From Patescibacteria group bacterium (GTDB taxonomy: Bacteria > Patescibacteriota > Patescibacteriia > Buchananbacterales > UBA6539), in NCBI GenBank assembly GCA_028688055.1, contig JAQTYZ010000003.1, positions 1,191-65,190 of the forward strand: DNA of 64,000 bases, given 5' to 3'. Below the pieces are notes generated by a model that did not search any database, was not told where the DNA came from, and was given only the letters and a program-made list of their open reading frames with translations. This document shows positions 1-9,813 of the stretch, piece after piece (position 1 is the first letter of the stretch; each line of letters starts with the position of its first letter). Position numbers and translations under genes: made by a program.

Positions 1-325
1 CCGGTACCGCGGCCAAGATTTGGCGATATAGTCCCTGGGCCTGTTTCTCACCCCGTTCCATTAATTTGATGCCGAAGGTGATGCCTAGCAGTTTGGCAAT
101 CCAATAGTACCTCCAAATTTTAAATTGGCTTGGTTTTATATCAACGCCGGTATATTTTTTCCAAAGGTTATAATGACGCAACTCATCCTCGGCGATTTGA
201 TGCAAAATATCATCGTTAAAGTCGCGCTTGGTATGGTGAGCCAGTTTATGATAAATTTTATTTTCGGTAATTTCGTTTTTTTGCGCTTGCAAGATCTTTT
301 TTTTGATTTTAGGATCAATTTCCAT
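1..325 (-). CDS. Rubrerythrin/ferritin-like domain protein, likely VIT1/CCC1 family (partial, runs off window start)
   Basis: Hand translation from ATG at 325: MEIDPKIKKKILQAQKNEITENKIYHKLA...IAEDELRHYNLW...LLGITFGIKLMERGEKQAQ. Contains NEITE and E-x-x-H di-iron-type motifs; absent from the ORF track because it is truncated. Confidence 0.7.
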   Translation of the reverse strand, partial: MEIDPKIKKKILQAQKNEITENKIYHKLAHHTKRDFNDDILHQIAEDELRHYNLWKKYTGVDIKPSQFKIWRYYWIAKLLGITFGIKLMERGEKQAQGLYRQILAAVP

Positions 326-326
326 A

Positions 327-1172
327 TTAATGCTTTAAGGATAATTCATAAGTGCCTTTAAGTAGCATGGCCACTGTCAGCGGTCCGATACCGCCGGGAA
401 CGGGCGTGATAAAACCGGCCACATCGGTCACGTCGTCGGCCACGTCACCAACCCATTCACCGTCACCAAGATAGTTGGTTCCAATATCGATGACAATGGC
501 ACCGGGTTTAACCATGGATTTTTGAATTAGGTTTTTTTTGCCAACCACGGCAATTAGCACATCGGCTGATTTAGTCTTGTCTCCTAACTTGGCATCTGGC
601 GTAATGATTGAAACAGTCAGTCCAAGTTTGGCCAGCGATTTTTTAAGCGGTTCGCTAAAGATTGGATTTTTTGCAACAATGACGGCGGTTTTAGCTGTCA
701 ATTTCTCGCGTGTTGATTTTAAGGCTAACATTACAGCGGCAATGAGCGGCGGAGTAATAACCGCTTGATCTAATTCGGCTAATCTTTTGTTGTGCGGATG
801 GAAGCCGTCAACATCCTTGTCGGGGTTAATCCGGCCGATAATTTCGGAAGTATTATATTGCTTAGGAATTGGCAGTTGAACAATAATACCGTCAATCGCG
901 GGGTCTTGATTTAGCCAGTCAATAATTTCGAGAATTTTTTCTTGGGTTAATTTATCATTAACCCCACAGTAATAGCCATAAAAATCCAGGCCAATTTTTT
1001 CAGCAGCTTTTTGCTTATTTCGCACGTAGAGTTTGGAGGCCGGATCAGCGCCGATTAGTACCGTAGCCAAGCCCGGTCGTTTTTGAGCAACGGCAATTTT
1101 ATCTTTTAAGTCTAGCAGCAATTTGTCCGCCAGTTTTTTGCCGTCAATTATCTTAGCTGATTTTTTTTGCAT
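327..1172 (-). CDS. folD: Bifunctional methylenetetrahydrofolate dehydrogenase/cyclohydrolase
   Basis: Motifs IIDGKKLA, YVRNK, DGIIVQLPIP, KDVDGFHP, ITPVPGGIGPLTVAML. Confidence 0.97.
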   Translation of the reverse strand: MQKKSAKIIDGKKLADKLLLDLKDKIAVAQKRPGLATVLIGADPASKLYVRNKQKAAEKIGLDFYGYYCGVNDKLTQEKILEIIDWLNQDPAIDGIIVQLPIPKQYNTSEIIGRINPDKDVDGFHPHNKRLAELDQAVITPPLIAAVMLALKSTREKLTAKTAVIVAKNPIFSEPLKKSLAKLGLTVSIITPDAKLGDKTKSADVLIAVVGKKNLIQKSMVKPGAIVIDIGTNYLGDGEWVGDVADDVTDVAGFITPVPGGIGPLTVAMLLKGTYELSLKH

Positions 1173-2470
1173 TATTTTGAGCTAGGAATAGGAAATTTGA
1201 GACATAACTCTTGGACCGCCTGTCTGATTTCTTCGATTTTGTTTTCATTTTCTCGATTTTTTACGGCTTCAACAATCCAGTTGGCAATTTGTTCCATTTC
1301 TTGTTCTTGCATTCCGCGAGTCGTAATCGCTGGTGTTCCAAGCCTAACGCCTGACGGTGTGTAATAGGCATTCTGGTCGTCGGGAATGGCATTTTTGTTG
1401 AGGGTGATATTGATTTGATCAAGGGTTTTTTCTACGATGTCGCCGGTAAGGCCAAAAGAAGTGACGGTATCAATTAGCATCAAATGATTATCAGTGCCAT
1501 TGGTGACTAATTTACAGCCGAGACTCATTAATTTTTCGGAAAGCGTCTTGGCATTTTTAAGAATTTGTTTGGCATAATCCTTAAAATTCGGATTCAACGC
1601 TTCGCCAAAGGCGACCGCTTTGGCGGCAATATTATTCATATGAGGGCCACCTTGAAAACCTGGGAAAACCGCCCGATCAATCAGGGTTGGTAAATTTTCC
1701 ATGGTTTTTTCCACCTCTTTTAACGGGTTGCCGACTTTGCCTTGAGTAAGAATCATACCGCCGCGTGGTCCGCGTAAAGTTTTGTGCGTCGTGGTTGTGA
1801 CAATTTGAAAACCATAATCAAAAGGATTTTTTAGTTCGCCAGCGGCAATCAAACCGGCAATATGAGCAATATCAGCCATGGCGACGGCTCCAACTTCTTG
1901 GGCAATGGCGGCGAATTTGGCGTAGTCATATTCACGCGGGTAAGCCGAGAATCCGGCCAGAATAATTTTTGGTTTATGTTTTAAAGCCAAGTCTCTTAAT
2001 TGATCATAATCAATTTCGCCAGTCTCCAAATTTTTAATTTTATAGCGCACAAAATTATAAATTTTTGCCATATAGGTGACTGGATGGCCATGGGTCAAAT
2101 GACCGCCGTGAGACAAATCCATACCAATTACCGTATCGCCCGGATTGAGCCAAGCCGAGTAAACCGCAATGTTAGCTGGTGCACCGGAAAGTGGTTGGAC
2201 ATTGGCGTGGGCGCAGCCAAATAATTTTTTGGCGCGTTCAATGGCTATTGATTCGACCTGGTCGGTAAATTCTTGGCCGCCATAGTAGCGTCGGTTCGGG
2301 TACCCCTCGCTATATTTATTGGTAAACTCCGAGCCTAGGGCATCCAAAACAGCCTGCGATACATAGTTTTCGGACGGAATTAATTCCATGCCATGTTGCT
2401 GGCGTTTAATTTCTTTTTCGATGAGATCCGCGATGGGGGGATCGGACTTTTTTAGTTCGTCGTATTTCAT
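1172..2470 (-). CDS. glyA: Serine hydroxymethyltransferase
   Basis: Motifs LIPSENY, NKYSEGYP, GGHLTHG, TTTTHKTLRGPRGG (PLP lysine), SGVRLGTPAITTRG. Confidence 0.98.
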   Translation of the reverse strand: MKYDELKKSDPPIADLIEKEIKRQQHGMELIPSENYVSQAVLDALGSEFTNKYSEGYPNRRYYGGQEFTDQVESIAIERAKKLFGCAHANVQPLSGAPANIAVYSAWLNPGDTVIGMDLSHGGHLTHGHPVTYMAKIYNFVRYKIKNLETGEIDYDQLRDLALKHKPKIILAGFSAYPREYDYAKFAAIAQEVGAVAMADIAHIAGLIAAGELKNPFDYGFQIVTTTTHKTLRGPRGGMILTQGKVGNPLKEVEKTMENLPTLIDRAVFPGFQGGPHMNNIAAKAVAFGEALNPNFKDYAKQILKNAKTLSEKLMSLGCKLVTNGTDNHLMLIDTVTSFGLTGDIVEKTLDQINITLNKNAIPDDQNAYYTPSGVRLGTPAITTRGMQEQEMEQIANWIVEAVKNRENENKIEEIRQAVQELCLKFPIPSSK

Positions 2471-2494
2471 TGGATTAAATTAATGATTAGAGAT

Positions 2495-2529
2495 TAAAAA
2501 ACCGCGATCTAAAAAACAAGCGGTTTTTC
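2495..2529 (-). terminator. Intrinsic terminator-like hairpin in the glyA 5' leader
   Basis: AAAAACCGC...GCGGTTTTT inverted repeat followed by a U-run on the minus strand. Confidence 0.55.
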
Positions 2530-2580
2530 AGCTTAGTTTATTGTTTATTTAAACTCTAATGCTTCGAAAATCATAGCTAT

Positions 2581-2609
2581 ATTATACTAGCCGGCAGTGT
2601 TTTTGACAA
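2581..2609 (-). promoter_or_regulatory. Sigma70-type promoter toward glyA-folD
   Basis: Minus strand TTGTCA-17 nt-TATAAT. Confidence 0.65.
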
Positions 2610-2619
2610 ATAAGCCGAC

Positions 2620-2648
2620 TTGAAAAATGGTTGGTTTTATGATAAAAT
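2620..2648 (+). promoter_or_regulatory. Sigma70-type promoter for the operon starting at 2676
   Basis: TTGAAA-17 nt-TAAAAT with TG extended -10. Confidence 0.65.
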
Positions 2649-2675
2649 AATTATAACTTATAAATAATTTTAGCT

Positions 2676-3839
2676 ATGGAAAAACCCACAAAAATAATTT
2701 TTACCTTAGTCCTGGGCGTTTTTTTATTGGGTTTGCCGCTGTTGGTTTTGGCCGCTGATAATCAGAGTAATATCACAGTCGCCGCCGGCGATATTATTGA
2801 TGGTAATTTTATTAGATTTGGTTCTAATATCCAGATTGATGGTGCGATTAACGGCGATGTTTTGGTCGCTGGTAGTAATATTGATATTAACGGACCAGTG
2901 GCCGGAGACATTATTGCTTTTGGCAGCAATATTAAAATAAATAGTTCAGTCGGCGGTAGTGTTCGAGCGATTGCTCCTAACATTGAAATTAACGGCGAGG
3001 TTCAAAGAAATATTTGGCTGTTGTCGACGAATGTAAAATATGGTGAGCAAGCGACAACGGGGTGGGATTTTGATGCGATAACATCAGCGGCTGAATTGAA
3101 GGGCAAAATTATAGGTAGTGCCAAAATTAAGGCTGATAACGTTGTCTTGGCCGGAGCAATTGCCAAAAATGCCGATGTGTCTTTGGGTCGCAGTGGAAAA
3201 TTATTGATTGAGTCAACGGGCCTGGTCGACGGTAATTTAATTTATCGGGCGAAAGATCAGACGCAATTAGAGCTTAAAGACGGCGGCAAGGTAACGGGAA
3301 CGACTGAACGCCAAGATCTAGAATTAAGTTCTGCTATTGATTGGAAAAAAACATTTAATGTAGCTAATTTATTTTTACAAACTATTTTATTTTTTGGCCT
3401 CTTGGTCATCGGCGTAATTATTATTTCGCTCGTCCCCAAAATTATGTTGAATTTCAGCGAGGTGTTTGAGCAAACACCAGCCAAAGCGCTTGGTTGGGGC
3501 CTGGTTTATCTGATGGTGACGCCGCTAGTTTCGTTGTTATTATTTTTCACCATCATTGGCATCCCCTTGGCGATAATTTTGTTGATTGGATTTACTATTA
3601 GTCTTTATCTGGCCAAGATTTTAGCTGGCTTTGGCATCGGACTTTGGCTGTTTAATAAAATTAAAGGCGAAAATAAATATCAGGGTTCTTTAATTTGGCC
3701 GATGGTGGTTGGATTGTTAGTTGTAACCATTATTGGTATGATTCCCATCATCGGTTGGGCCGTGAAGTTTTTATTAATATTATGGTCGCTGGGCGCGCTT
3801 CTAATTGTTAAAAAAGATATTTTGCGCGAATATCGCTAA
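2676..3839 (+). CDS. Membrane protein with bactofilin-like (polymer-forming) beta-helix repeats and C-terminal TM bundle
   Basis: Signal peptide, repeated GxNIxIxGxVxGD units, several C-terminal TM helices (TIIGIPLA, IPIIGW). Confidence 0.75.
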   Translation: MEKPTKIIFTLVLGVFLLGLPLLVLAADNQSNITVAAGDIIDGNFIRFGSNIQIDGAINGDVLVAGSNIDINGPVAGDIIAFGSNIKINSSVGGSVRAIAPNIEINGEVQRNIWLLSTNVKYGEQATTGWDFDAITSAAELKGKIIGSAKIKADNVVLAGAIAKNADVSLGRSGKLLIESTGLVDGNLIYRAKDQTQLELKDGGKVTGTTERQDLELSSAIDWKKTFNVANLFLQTILFFGLLVIGVIIISLVPKIMLNFSEVFEQTPAKALGWGLVYLMVTPLVSLLLFFTIIGIPLAIILLIGFTISLYLAKILAGFGIGLWLFNKIKGENKYQGSLIWPMVVGLLVVTIIGMIPIIGWAVKFLLILWSLGALLIVKKDILREYR

Positions 3840-3845
3840 ATAAAT

Positions 3846-5183
3846 ATGACATCAATCAACAGTAAAATTTTTAAGTCTTATGATATTCGCGGAATTTATC
3901 CGGATGAATTAAATGAAGAGGCGGCTTACAATATTGGGCGCGCGCTAGCGCGGAAGGCTAACGCCGAGTATATTGTGGTCGGGCGTGATATGCGTCTTTC
4001 GGGCGCGGCGTTGAAAGAAAAATTAATTGCCGGCATCACGGATGAGGGAACGGGTGTGCTGGATATTGGCTTAGTGCCGATTGATGCAGTTTATTTTGCG
4101 GTTGGCATTTTAGGGCATGGGGCCGGAGTGATGATAACGGCTTCTCATAATCCCAAAGAATATAACGGTTTTAAAATGGTGCTCAAGGGGATGAATTTTG
4201 TGCGCGTTGAGGAACTAAAAAATGAGTTGTTAAACTTACCGGAATTAAGTAGTAACAAAAAAGGCGAAGTTAGAGAACAGGACCTGATGGATGGATACCT
4301 CAATCACGTTTTGTCTTTTGTTGAACTAAAAAAATTAAAGCCGTTTAAAGTAGTCGTTGATGCCGGTAATGGCATGGCGGGCAAAGTGATGCCCTTGTTA
4401 GCACCGCATTTGCCAATTGAAATGATTCCTTTAAATTTTGAACTTGATGGAAATTTTCCGGCGCACCCGTCAAATCCGCTCCTGCCAGAAAGTCAGGTGC
4501 AAATTACCAAGGCCGTGGTTGAAAATAAGGCTGACTTTGGGGTGATTATTGATGGTGATACTGACCGTTTATTTTTTGTTGACGAAACTGGTCAATTTGT
4601 TCGCGCTGATTTTGCCTTGTTAATTTTAGCTCGTGAGTTTCTTAATCGCGAACCGGGCAAGGGTATTGTTTATAACGTCGTTTGTTCAAAAATCGTGCCG
4701 GAAAAAATCAGCGAGTGGGGCGGCGTGCCATTACGATCGAAAGTTGGGTATATTTATATTAGTGCAATGATGCGGGAAAATGATGGGATTATGGGTGGTG
4801 AGTTTTCGGCTCATTATTCTTTCCGTGATAATGCTTTTGCCGATTCGGGTTTTATTGCGTTACTGATTTTACTGCAACTTATCTCTCAAGATGGCCGCCG
4901 ACTGTCGGAAATTATTGGTGAATTCAATAAGTATTTTAAGACTGATGAAATAAATTTGCCAATTAATGATCGGGAGACGATTATTAATAAAATCAAAGAT
5001 AAATACCGCACTGGTAAACAAGATGAGTTGGATGGCTTGACTGTTGAATATGAAAACTGGTGGTTTAATGTGCGAGGTTCAAATACCGAACCGTTGTTGC
5101 GCGTGACGGTTGAAGCGGCAACTGAAGAATTATTAAATAGCCAGACCGCCGAGTTGGTTGATTTTGTGAAGGCTAATATTTAA
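3846..5183 (+). CDS. Phosphomannomutase/phosphoglucomutase
   Basis: Motifs FKSYDIRG, ITASHNP (phosphoserine), DGDTDR, GEFSAH, RGSNTEP. Confidence 0.95.
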   Translation: MTSINSKIFKSYDIRGIYPDELNEEAAYNIGRALARKANAEYIVVGRDMRLSGAALKEKLIAGITDEGTGVLDIGLVPIDAVYFAVGILGHGAGVMITASHNPKEYNGFKMVLKGMNFVRVEELKNELLNLPELSSNKKGEVREQDLMDGYLNHVLSFVELKKLKPFKVVVDAGNGMAGKVMPLLAPHLPIEMIPLNFELDGNFPAHPSNPLLPESQVQITKAVVENKADFGVIIDGDTDRLFFVDETGQFVRADFALLILAREFLNREPGKGIVYNVVCSKIVPEKISEWGGVPLRSKVGYIYISAMMRENDGIMGGEFSAHYSFRDNAFADSGFIALLILLQLISQDGRRLSEIIGEFNKYFKTDEINLPINDRETIINKIKDKYRTGKQDELDGLTVEYENWWFNVRGSNTEPLLRVTVEAATEELLNSQTAELVDFVKANI

Positions 5184-5206
5184 TTAATAAAATTAAATTT
5201 AACGAT

Positions 5207-5974
5207 ATGGATATAATTTTATGGGGAATATTAGTAGCTGTGATTTTTGTAGTTTTGAGTGGCTTAAGAGTCGTTAATCAGTACGAGCGAGGGGTTATTT
5301 TAACCTTGGGAAAATATACTGGAACGCGTCAGCCAGGTTTAAATTGGATTTTATCCGTTTTTGGCATTCAAAAAATGATTAAAGTAGATTTGCGGGTTAG
5401 AACCGTGGACGTGCCTCAACAAGAGGCAATCACTAAGGATAATGTCCCTGTTGGCATAAATGCGGTTGTTTATTTTCAGATTGAGAAGGCCGAAGATGCG
5501 GTTTTAAAAATCCAGGATTATACTTTTGCCGTCGCCCAATATGCTCAGGCATCATTACGTGATGTTATTGGTGGTGTTGAATTAGATAGTTTATTGGCTG
5601 AGCGTGATAAATTAGCTGACGAGATAAAAAAGATTTTGGATGGTCAAACTGACGGTTGGGGTATCAATGTGACGGCCGTCAAAATGCAGGATATTGAGTT
5701 ACCAGCTGATATGAAAAGAGCCATGGCTAAACAGGCCGAAGCCGAGAGAGAGCGGCGTGCAACTATTATCCGCGCCGAAGGAGAATTAAAAGCATCAGAA
5801 AATTTACGTTTAGCGGCGACTAACTTGGCTATTCCCGGAGCAATTTCGTTGCGAACCTTGCAGACCATTGAGGGCAGCACTGCTAATCCAGCTAGTACGG
5901 TCATCTTTGCGGTGCCGGTTGAAATATTTGAAGGGATAAAAAAAGTTTCCGATCTGGTCAAGGGAAACAAATAG
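5207..5974 (+). CDS. SPFH/stomatin (slipin) family membrane protein
   Basis: N-terminal TM helix; QYERGV, ITKDNV, AMAKQAEAERERRA, LRTLQT. Confidence 0.93.
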   Translation: MDIILWGILVAVIFVVLSGLRVVNQYERGVILTLGKYTGTRQPGLNWILSVFGIQKMIKVDLRVRTVDVPQQEAITKDNVPVGINAVVYFQIEKAEDAVLKIQDYTFAVAQYAQASLRDVIGGVELDSLLAERDKLADEIKKILDGQTDGWGINVTAVKMQDIELPADMKRAMAKQAEAERERRATIIRAEGELKASENLRLAATNLAIPGAISLRTLQTIEGSTANPASTVIFAVPVEIFEGIKKVSDLVKGNK

Positions 5975-5987
5975 TAGCTTTGATTTT

Positions 5988-6800
5988 TTATCTAATATTG
6001 GCTAGAAAATTTTTAGCAATTTCCGCCGTTGGTTGATCGCTGTTGTAAAAATCTTTCCAGACCACCACGATATCAGCACCATTAAAAATTGAACTTTGAA
6101 TTTCGCGAGCGGTATCGCCGCCGGCGATCGAAATCATCACATTAAAGCTACCTTTAAGCTTGGCAATTTGATTGATTGGTAAAGATTTGGTTTTATTATC
6201 AGAAGTTTCGTCGACGCCACGATGTAAAATAACCGCGGTTGGTAAATATTTTAGTCGGCGTAAAACTTTTACTGGTGAATCAATCGCCATCATATCGACC
6301 ATTGAATCAATGCCCACGTCTTTACAAGTTGTGATAAAGTGGTTTATAGTTTCAGTCGGTGCTGATCCCATAACGACCGCGGCTGAGGCGCCAGCTTGGG
6401 CCGCTAAAGACGCTTCGGTGTCACCGCGATCAATACATTTTAAATCGGCAACGATGTAGGGAATGTTTTTGGACTCATTTGGTTGGGGTGGCGAAAAGGT
6501 TAAGCTGTTCCTTTGGTTAGTATAAGTCTTCGCCATTTTATTTAGGAGGTCGAGGAGCGTAATTTTTTTAGCTTCGGTCGTATGAATTTTATTAGCGGAA
6601 GTTAAATTTAAAAAAGTTTTTTCTTGCCACCAATCGTAAAGTTCTTTAATGACGCCAACCCCATAGTGTTTGATCAGCGGGGTGCCAGCTTCAAGAATAA
6701 TCCGGTCAGAATTAGGCAGAGCAAAGATGATTTTTTTGGCTTCTTCCAGGGTGTTATTAAAGGCAATTTGCAAGTAATGTTTTTTTCGATCAAGCTTCAT
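5988..6800 (-). CDS. OMP-decarboxylase/HUMPS superfamily protein, 3-hexulose-6-phosphate synthase-like (start likely ATG at 6800)
   Basis: Motifs LQIAF, ILEAGTPLIK, IVADLK, LHRGVD, IAGG, GADIVVV; ~50 aa insertion. The longer track start overlaps murI. Confidence 0.75.
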   Translation of the reverse strand: MKLDRKKHYLQIAFNNTLEEAKKIIFALPNSDRIILEAGTPLIKHYGVGVIKELYDWWQEKTFLNLTSANKIHTTEAKKITLLDLLNKMAKTYTNQRNSLTFSPPQPNESKNIPYIVADLKCIDRGDTEASLAAQAGASAAVVMGSAPTETINHFITTCKDVGIDSMVDMMAIDSPVKVLRRLKYLPTAVILHRGVDETSDNKTKSLPINQIAKLKGSFNVMISIAGGDTAREIQSSIFNGADIVVVWKDFYNSDQPTAEIAKNFLANIR

Positions 6801-6843
6801 ATCAGTTATTATAGGTTTTTTATAATTAAAATTCAACAAACCA

Positions 6844-7650
6844 ATGATTGGCATTTTTGATTCAGGGCTGGGCGGATTAACAATAATGAAAGAACTGTTA
6901 GCAACGTTACCAAGCTATCAGCTTTTATATTTGGGCGATACCGCGCGAACACCTTACGGTAATCGCTCGCAGGCGGTAATTTATGATTTTACCGTCCAAG
7001 CCGTTGATTATTTGTTCAAGCAGAATTGCCGTTTAGTTATTGTGGCCTGTAATACAGCCTCGGCTCAAGCTTTGAAAAAATTGCAACAAGAATGGCTACC
7101 GCAAAATTATCCCGACCGAACAGTGTTAGGAGTCGTCAGGCCGTTAGCCGAAGTGGCAGCAAGACAAAGCAAACTCGGCCGAGTCGGGGTTGTTGGAACG
7201 AGAAGTACGGTTGATAGTAACACTTACGTCCGGGAATTAACGACCCAAAAAGCGTCGCTAAAAGTCTATCAGCAAGCGTGCCCGTTGCTAGTGCCGTTGA
7301 TTGAGGAGGGCTGGTTAAAGCGACCTGAAACCATGAAAATTTTGCGAACCTATTTGCGTCCGCTCAAGCGACAAAACATTGATACTTTGATTTTAGGGTG
7401 TACCCACTACCCGATCATTTATGCTTCGTTTGTAAAAGTGATGGGAAAAAATGTTAGCGTTTTGGATTCGGGGAAAATCGTGGCGGAAAAATTGACTGAT
7501 TATTTAAAGCGTCATCCGGAAGTCGAGGCAAACATCGTTAAAGGAGACAATCATCGATTTTTAGTGACGGATATTAACGAAAATTTTCACGCGGTGGCTA
7601 AGCCATTTTTAAATCGGGAAATTAAATTGGAAAAAGTAATTCTAAGTTAA
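6844..7650 (+). CDS. murI: Glutamate racemase
   Basis: Motifs IGIFDSGLGG, VACNTAS, LILGCTHYP. Confidence 0.97.
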   Translation: MIGIFDSGLGGLTIMKELLATLPSYQLLYLGDTARTPYGNRSQAVIYDFTVQAVDYLFKQNCRLVIVACNTASAQALKKLQQEWLPQNYPDRTVLGVVRPLAEVAARQSKLGRVGVVGTRSTVDSNTYVRELTTQKASLKVYQQACPLLVPLIEEGWLKRPETMKILRTYLRPLKRQNIDTLILGCTHYPIIYASFVKVMGKNVSVLDSGKIVAEKLTDYLKRHPEVEANIVKGDNHRFLVTDINENFHAVAKPFLNREIKLEKVILS

Positions 7651-7968
7651 ATGAATAATTTTTATACTCTAGTTGCCATTATTTCACTGCTTGATTTGGC
7701 GGCCATCGTCTCGGCTAAATTTTGGGTAATTTCAAAGAATAACTTATATTTGACTTTAACGGTTTTGCTATGTGCCACGGCGGGATTTTTTTTCGCCCGG
7801 TCATTGCAGTTTGAAGGGATTGCGATTACTAATATTATCTGGGGTGCACTGTCGTCAATTTTAGTGACAGCGGCGGGCTACTTTATTTTCCGGGAAATTA
7901 TTACGCCATGGCAGTTTGTGGCGATGGCGATTATTCTCGTGGGCCTAGTGATGATTAATTGGCGCTAA
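7651..7968 (+). CDS. SMR/DMT family small multidrug-resistance-like transporter
   Basis: 105 aa, four TM helices, GIAITNIIWGALS and FREIITPWQ motifs. Confidence 0.8.
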   Translation: MNNFYTLVAIISLLDLAAIVSAKFWVISKNNLYLTLTVLLCATAGFFFARSLQFEGIAITNIIWGALSSILVTAAGYFIFREIITPWQFVAMAIILVGLVMINWR

Positions 7969-8522
7969 ATTTTGGTATAAAAATATATTTTACTCGACCC
8001 AATTCGATTTGGGTGGGGGTTTATTATTTCGTCGGGCTGCCAGTTGGGAAAAGCGAAACAGTAGCTGACGACTTTAACGCCAGATTTTAATTCAGCGGTT
8101 AATTTTTTTTCGACTTTGGCCATGACGCGATCAATTAAAAAACAAATGACGTAGTCGGCATCAGCAATATTGACTGAATAAAAATTTTTTAGTTTAACTT
8201 TGGCTGGGCTGTGATGAAGCAAAATATTTAGCTGAGCTTTAAGATAGGTTAACGGTGAAATTTCATAGCCCGTGGCCGTGAGGCCTAATTTAGCCGCGGC
8301 AATCAAAAAACGGCCGTCACCACAGCCGAGATCATATAAAATTTTATTTGGTTTTAGATTAAGTTGGTTAATAATCAATTTAACATTTTCGTCTGGGGTC
8401 GGTGCGAACGGGACGCCAACGATGATGATGGCAATAAGGCTTGAAATAATTGTGAGCACAGTGACAATGGCGATGGCGAAAACTAAAATCGTAACGGTAA
8501 AAATTAAAGCGAGGGCTATCAT
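7965..8522 (-). CDS. Membrane-anchored class I SAM-dependent methyltransferase
   Basis: N-terminal TM, PFAPT, YDLGCGDGR, GYEI, VVSYCF. Confidence 0.88.
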   Translation of the reverse strand: MIALALIFTVTILVFAIAIVTVLTIISSLIAIIIVGVPFAPTPDENVKLIINQLNLKPNKILYDLGCGDGRFLIAAAKLGLTATGYEISPLTYLKAQLNILLHHSPAKVKLKNFYSVNIADADYVICFLIDRVMAKVEKKLTAELKSGVKVVSYCFAFPNWQPDEIINPHPNRIGSSKIYFYTKI

Positions 8523-9487
8523 CTAATGCCGATTTTAGCTCTGACTTCCGCCATGGTTTTTTGGGCCACTTTTTGGGCACGCCGCGCGCCGTCGGCTAAG
8601 ATTTGATCAAGGTCGGATTTTTTTATTTTTTTCTTGGCGGTGCGAAAATCGGCAAAGTAATTACCGATATCATTGGCTAATTGTTTTTTGAGTTCAGAAT
8701 ATTTTAGCGTACCTTTTTCGCTATCAGCACTGAATTTTTTATAAACGTCAGCGCTACTGAAATTGTTTAATAAATCTAACAGATTTTTGGCGCCGGAGCT
8801 TTTGCCATCACCAGTATCGGTTACGGCGCGGCTGATTTTTTTGGCAATGACTTCAGGTTCATCATCTAAGTAGATGCAATGATTGTCGCCCAGACTCTTA
8901 GACATCTTTTTGTCCGGTTCAAGCAAACTCATTACCTTTGGCGTTTCCGTGTGTAAGGTTTTTGGTTCGGCAAAAGTTTGACCGAAGCGGTTATTAAAAA
9001 ATTTGGCAATTTGTCTGGTCAATTCGACGTGCTGGTCTTGGTCAACGCCCACGGGAACAGCGGTGGCGTGATAAATTAAAATATCGGCGGCCTGTAAAAC
9101 CGGATAAGTAAATAAGCCAGTATTAATATTTTCTTGTTGGCGCAAGGCCTTGTCTTTGTATTGGGTCATTCGTTCAAGGTAAGAGATTGGCGTAACACAA
9201 TCAAAAATCCAAGCCAACTCAGTATGTTCGGCTATTTGTGATTGAATAAAGATGGTACATTTTTTTGGATCAAGTCCAGCGGCAATAAAGTTGGCGGCTA
9301 AATCATTAATTTGTTGTTGCTTTAATTTTGGATTGTAGTTTTCCGTGATTGAATGATAATCAGCAATCATAAAAAAACAATCGTGGTTTGATTGGAGATC
9401 AATAAAATTTTTGAGCGAACCTAAATAATTGCCGATGTGTAAGCGGCCGGTTGGTTGGATGCCGGATAAAATTATTTCTTTTGACAT
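8519..9487 (-). CDS. trpS: Tryptophan--tRNA ligase
   Basis: Motifs SGIQPTGRLHIGN, YPVLQAADIL, VPVGVDQ, KMSKS. Confidence 0.97.
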   Translation of the reverse strand: MSKEIILSGIQPTGRLHIGNYLGSLKNFIDLQSNHDCFFMIADYHSITENYNPKLKQQQINDLAANFIAAGLDPKKCTIFIQSQIAEHTELAWIFDCVTPISYLERMTQYKDKALRQQENINTGLFTYPVLQAADILIYHATAVPVGVDQDQHVELTRQIAKFFNNRFGQTFAEPKTLHTETPKVMSLLEPDKKMSKSLGDNHCIYLDDEPEVIAKKISRAVTDTGDGKSSGAKNLLDLLNNFSSADVYKKFSADSEKGTLKYSELKKQLANDIGNYFADFRTAKKKIKKSDLDQILADGARRAQKVAQKTMAEVRAKIGIR

Positions 9488-9532
9488 ATGATTAGTTTAA
9501 TATTTTATGGTTGATAAGTAAAGAAACCTTTG

Positions 9533-9570
9533 AAAAAAATGGGAGAACCGAAGCGAAGTTCGGTTCTCCC
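9533..9570 (-). terminator. Intrinsic terminator between the small ORFs and trpS
   Basis: GGGAGAACCGAA-CTTCGC-TTCGGTTCTCCC (12-bp perfect stem) followed by ATTTTTTT on the minus strand. Confidence 0.8.
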
Positions 9571-9612
9571 TGGCAGCGAGTGAGGTGTGGACTAAAGAGC
9601 GATTGGAATTGG

Positions 9613-9801
9613 CTATTGTGCTGGCGGCAGGTTTTTTTTGCCGACTTCACACGCAGGATTAATGCAACAGGCGATTTCTTCGGTTCGAGGACTATTCCCC
9701 CAGCCATAACTACCAACGGTAGCGCTGGCAGTACCGTCCATTGGTTCTTTGCAGGCGTAACAATATTCAGCTGGTTTGATTTCTTTACCCCAGGCCATCA
9801 C
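9613..9801 (-). CDS. Small Cys-rich, putative zinc-binding protein (62 aa)
   Basis: Strong RBS AAGGAGA upstream of GTG/ATG; CYAC...CCINPAC. Confidence 0.6.
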   Translation of the reverse strand: MMAWGKEIKPAEYCYACKEPMDGTASATVGSYGWGNSPRTEEIACCINPACEVGKKNLPPAQ

Positions 9802-9813
9802 AGTTTCTCCTTG

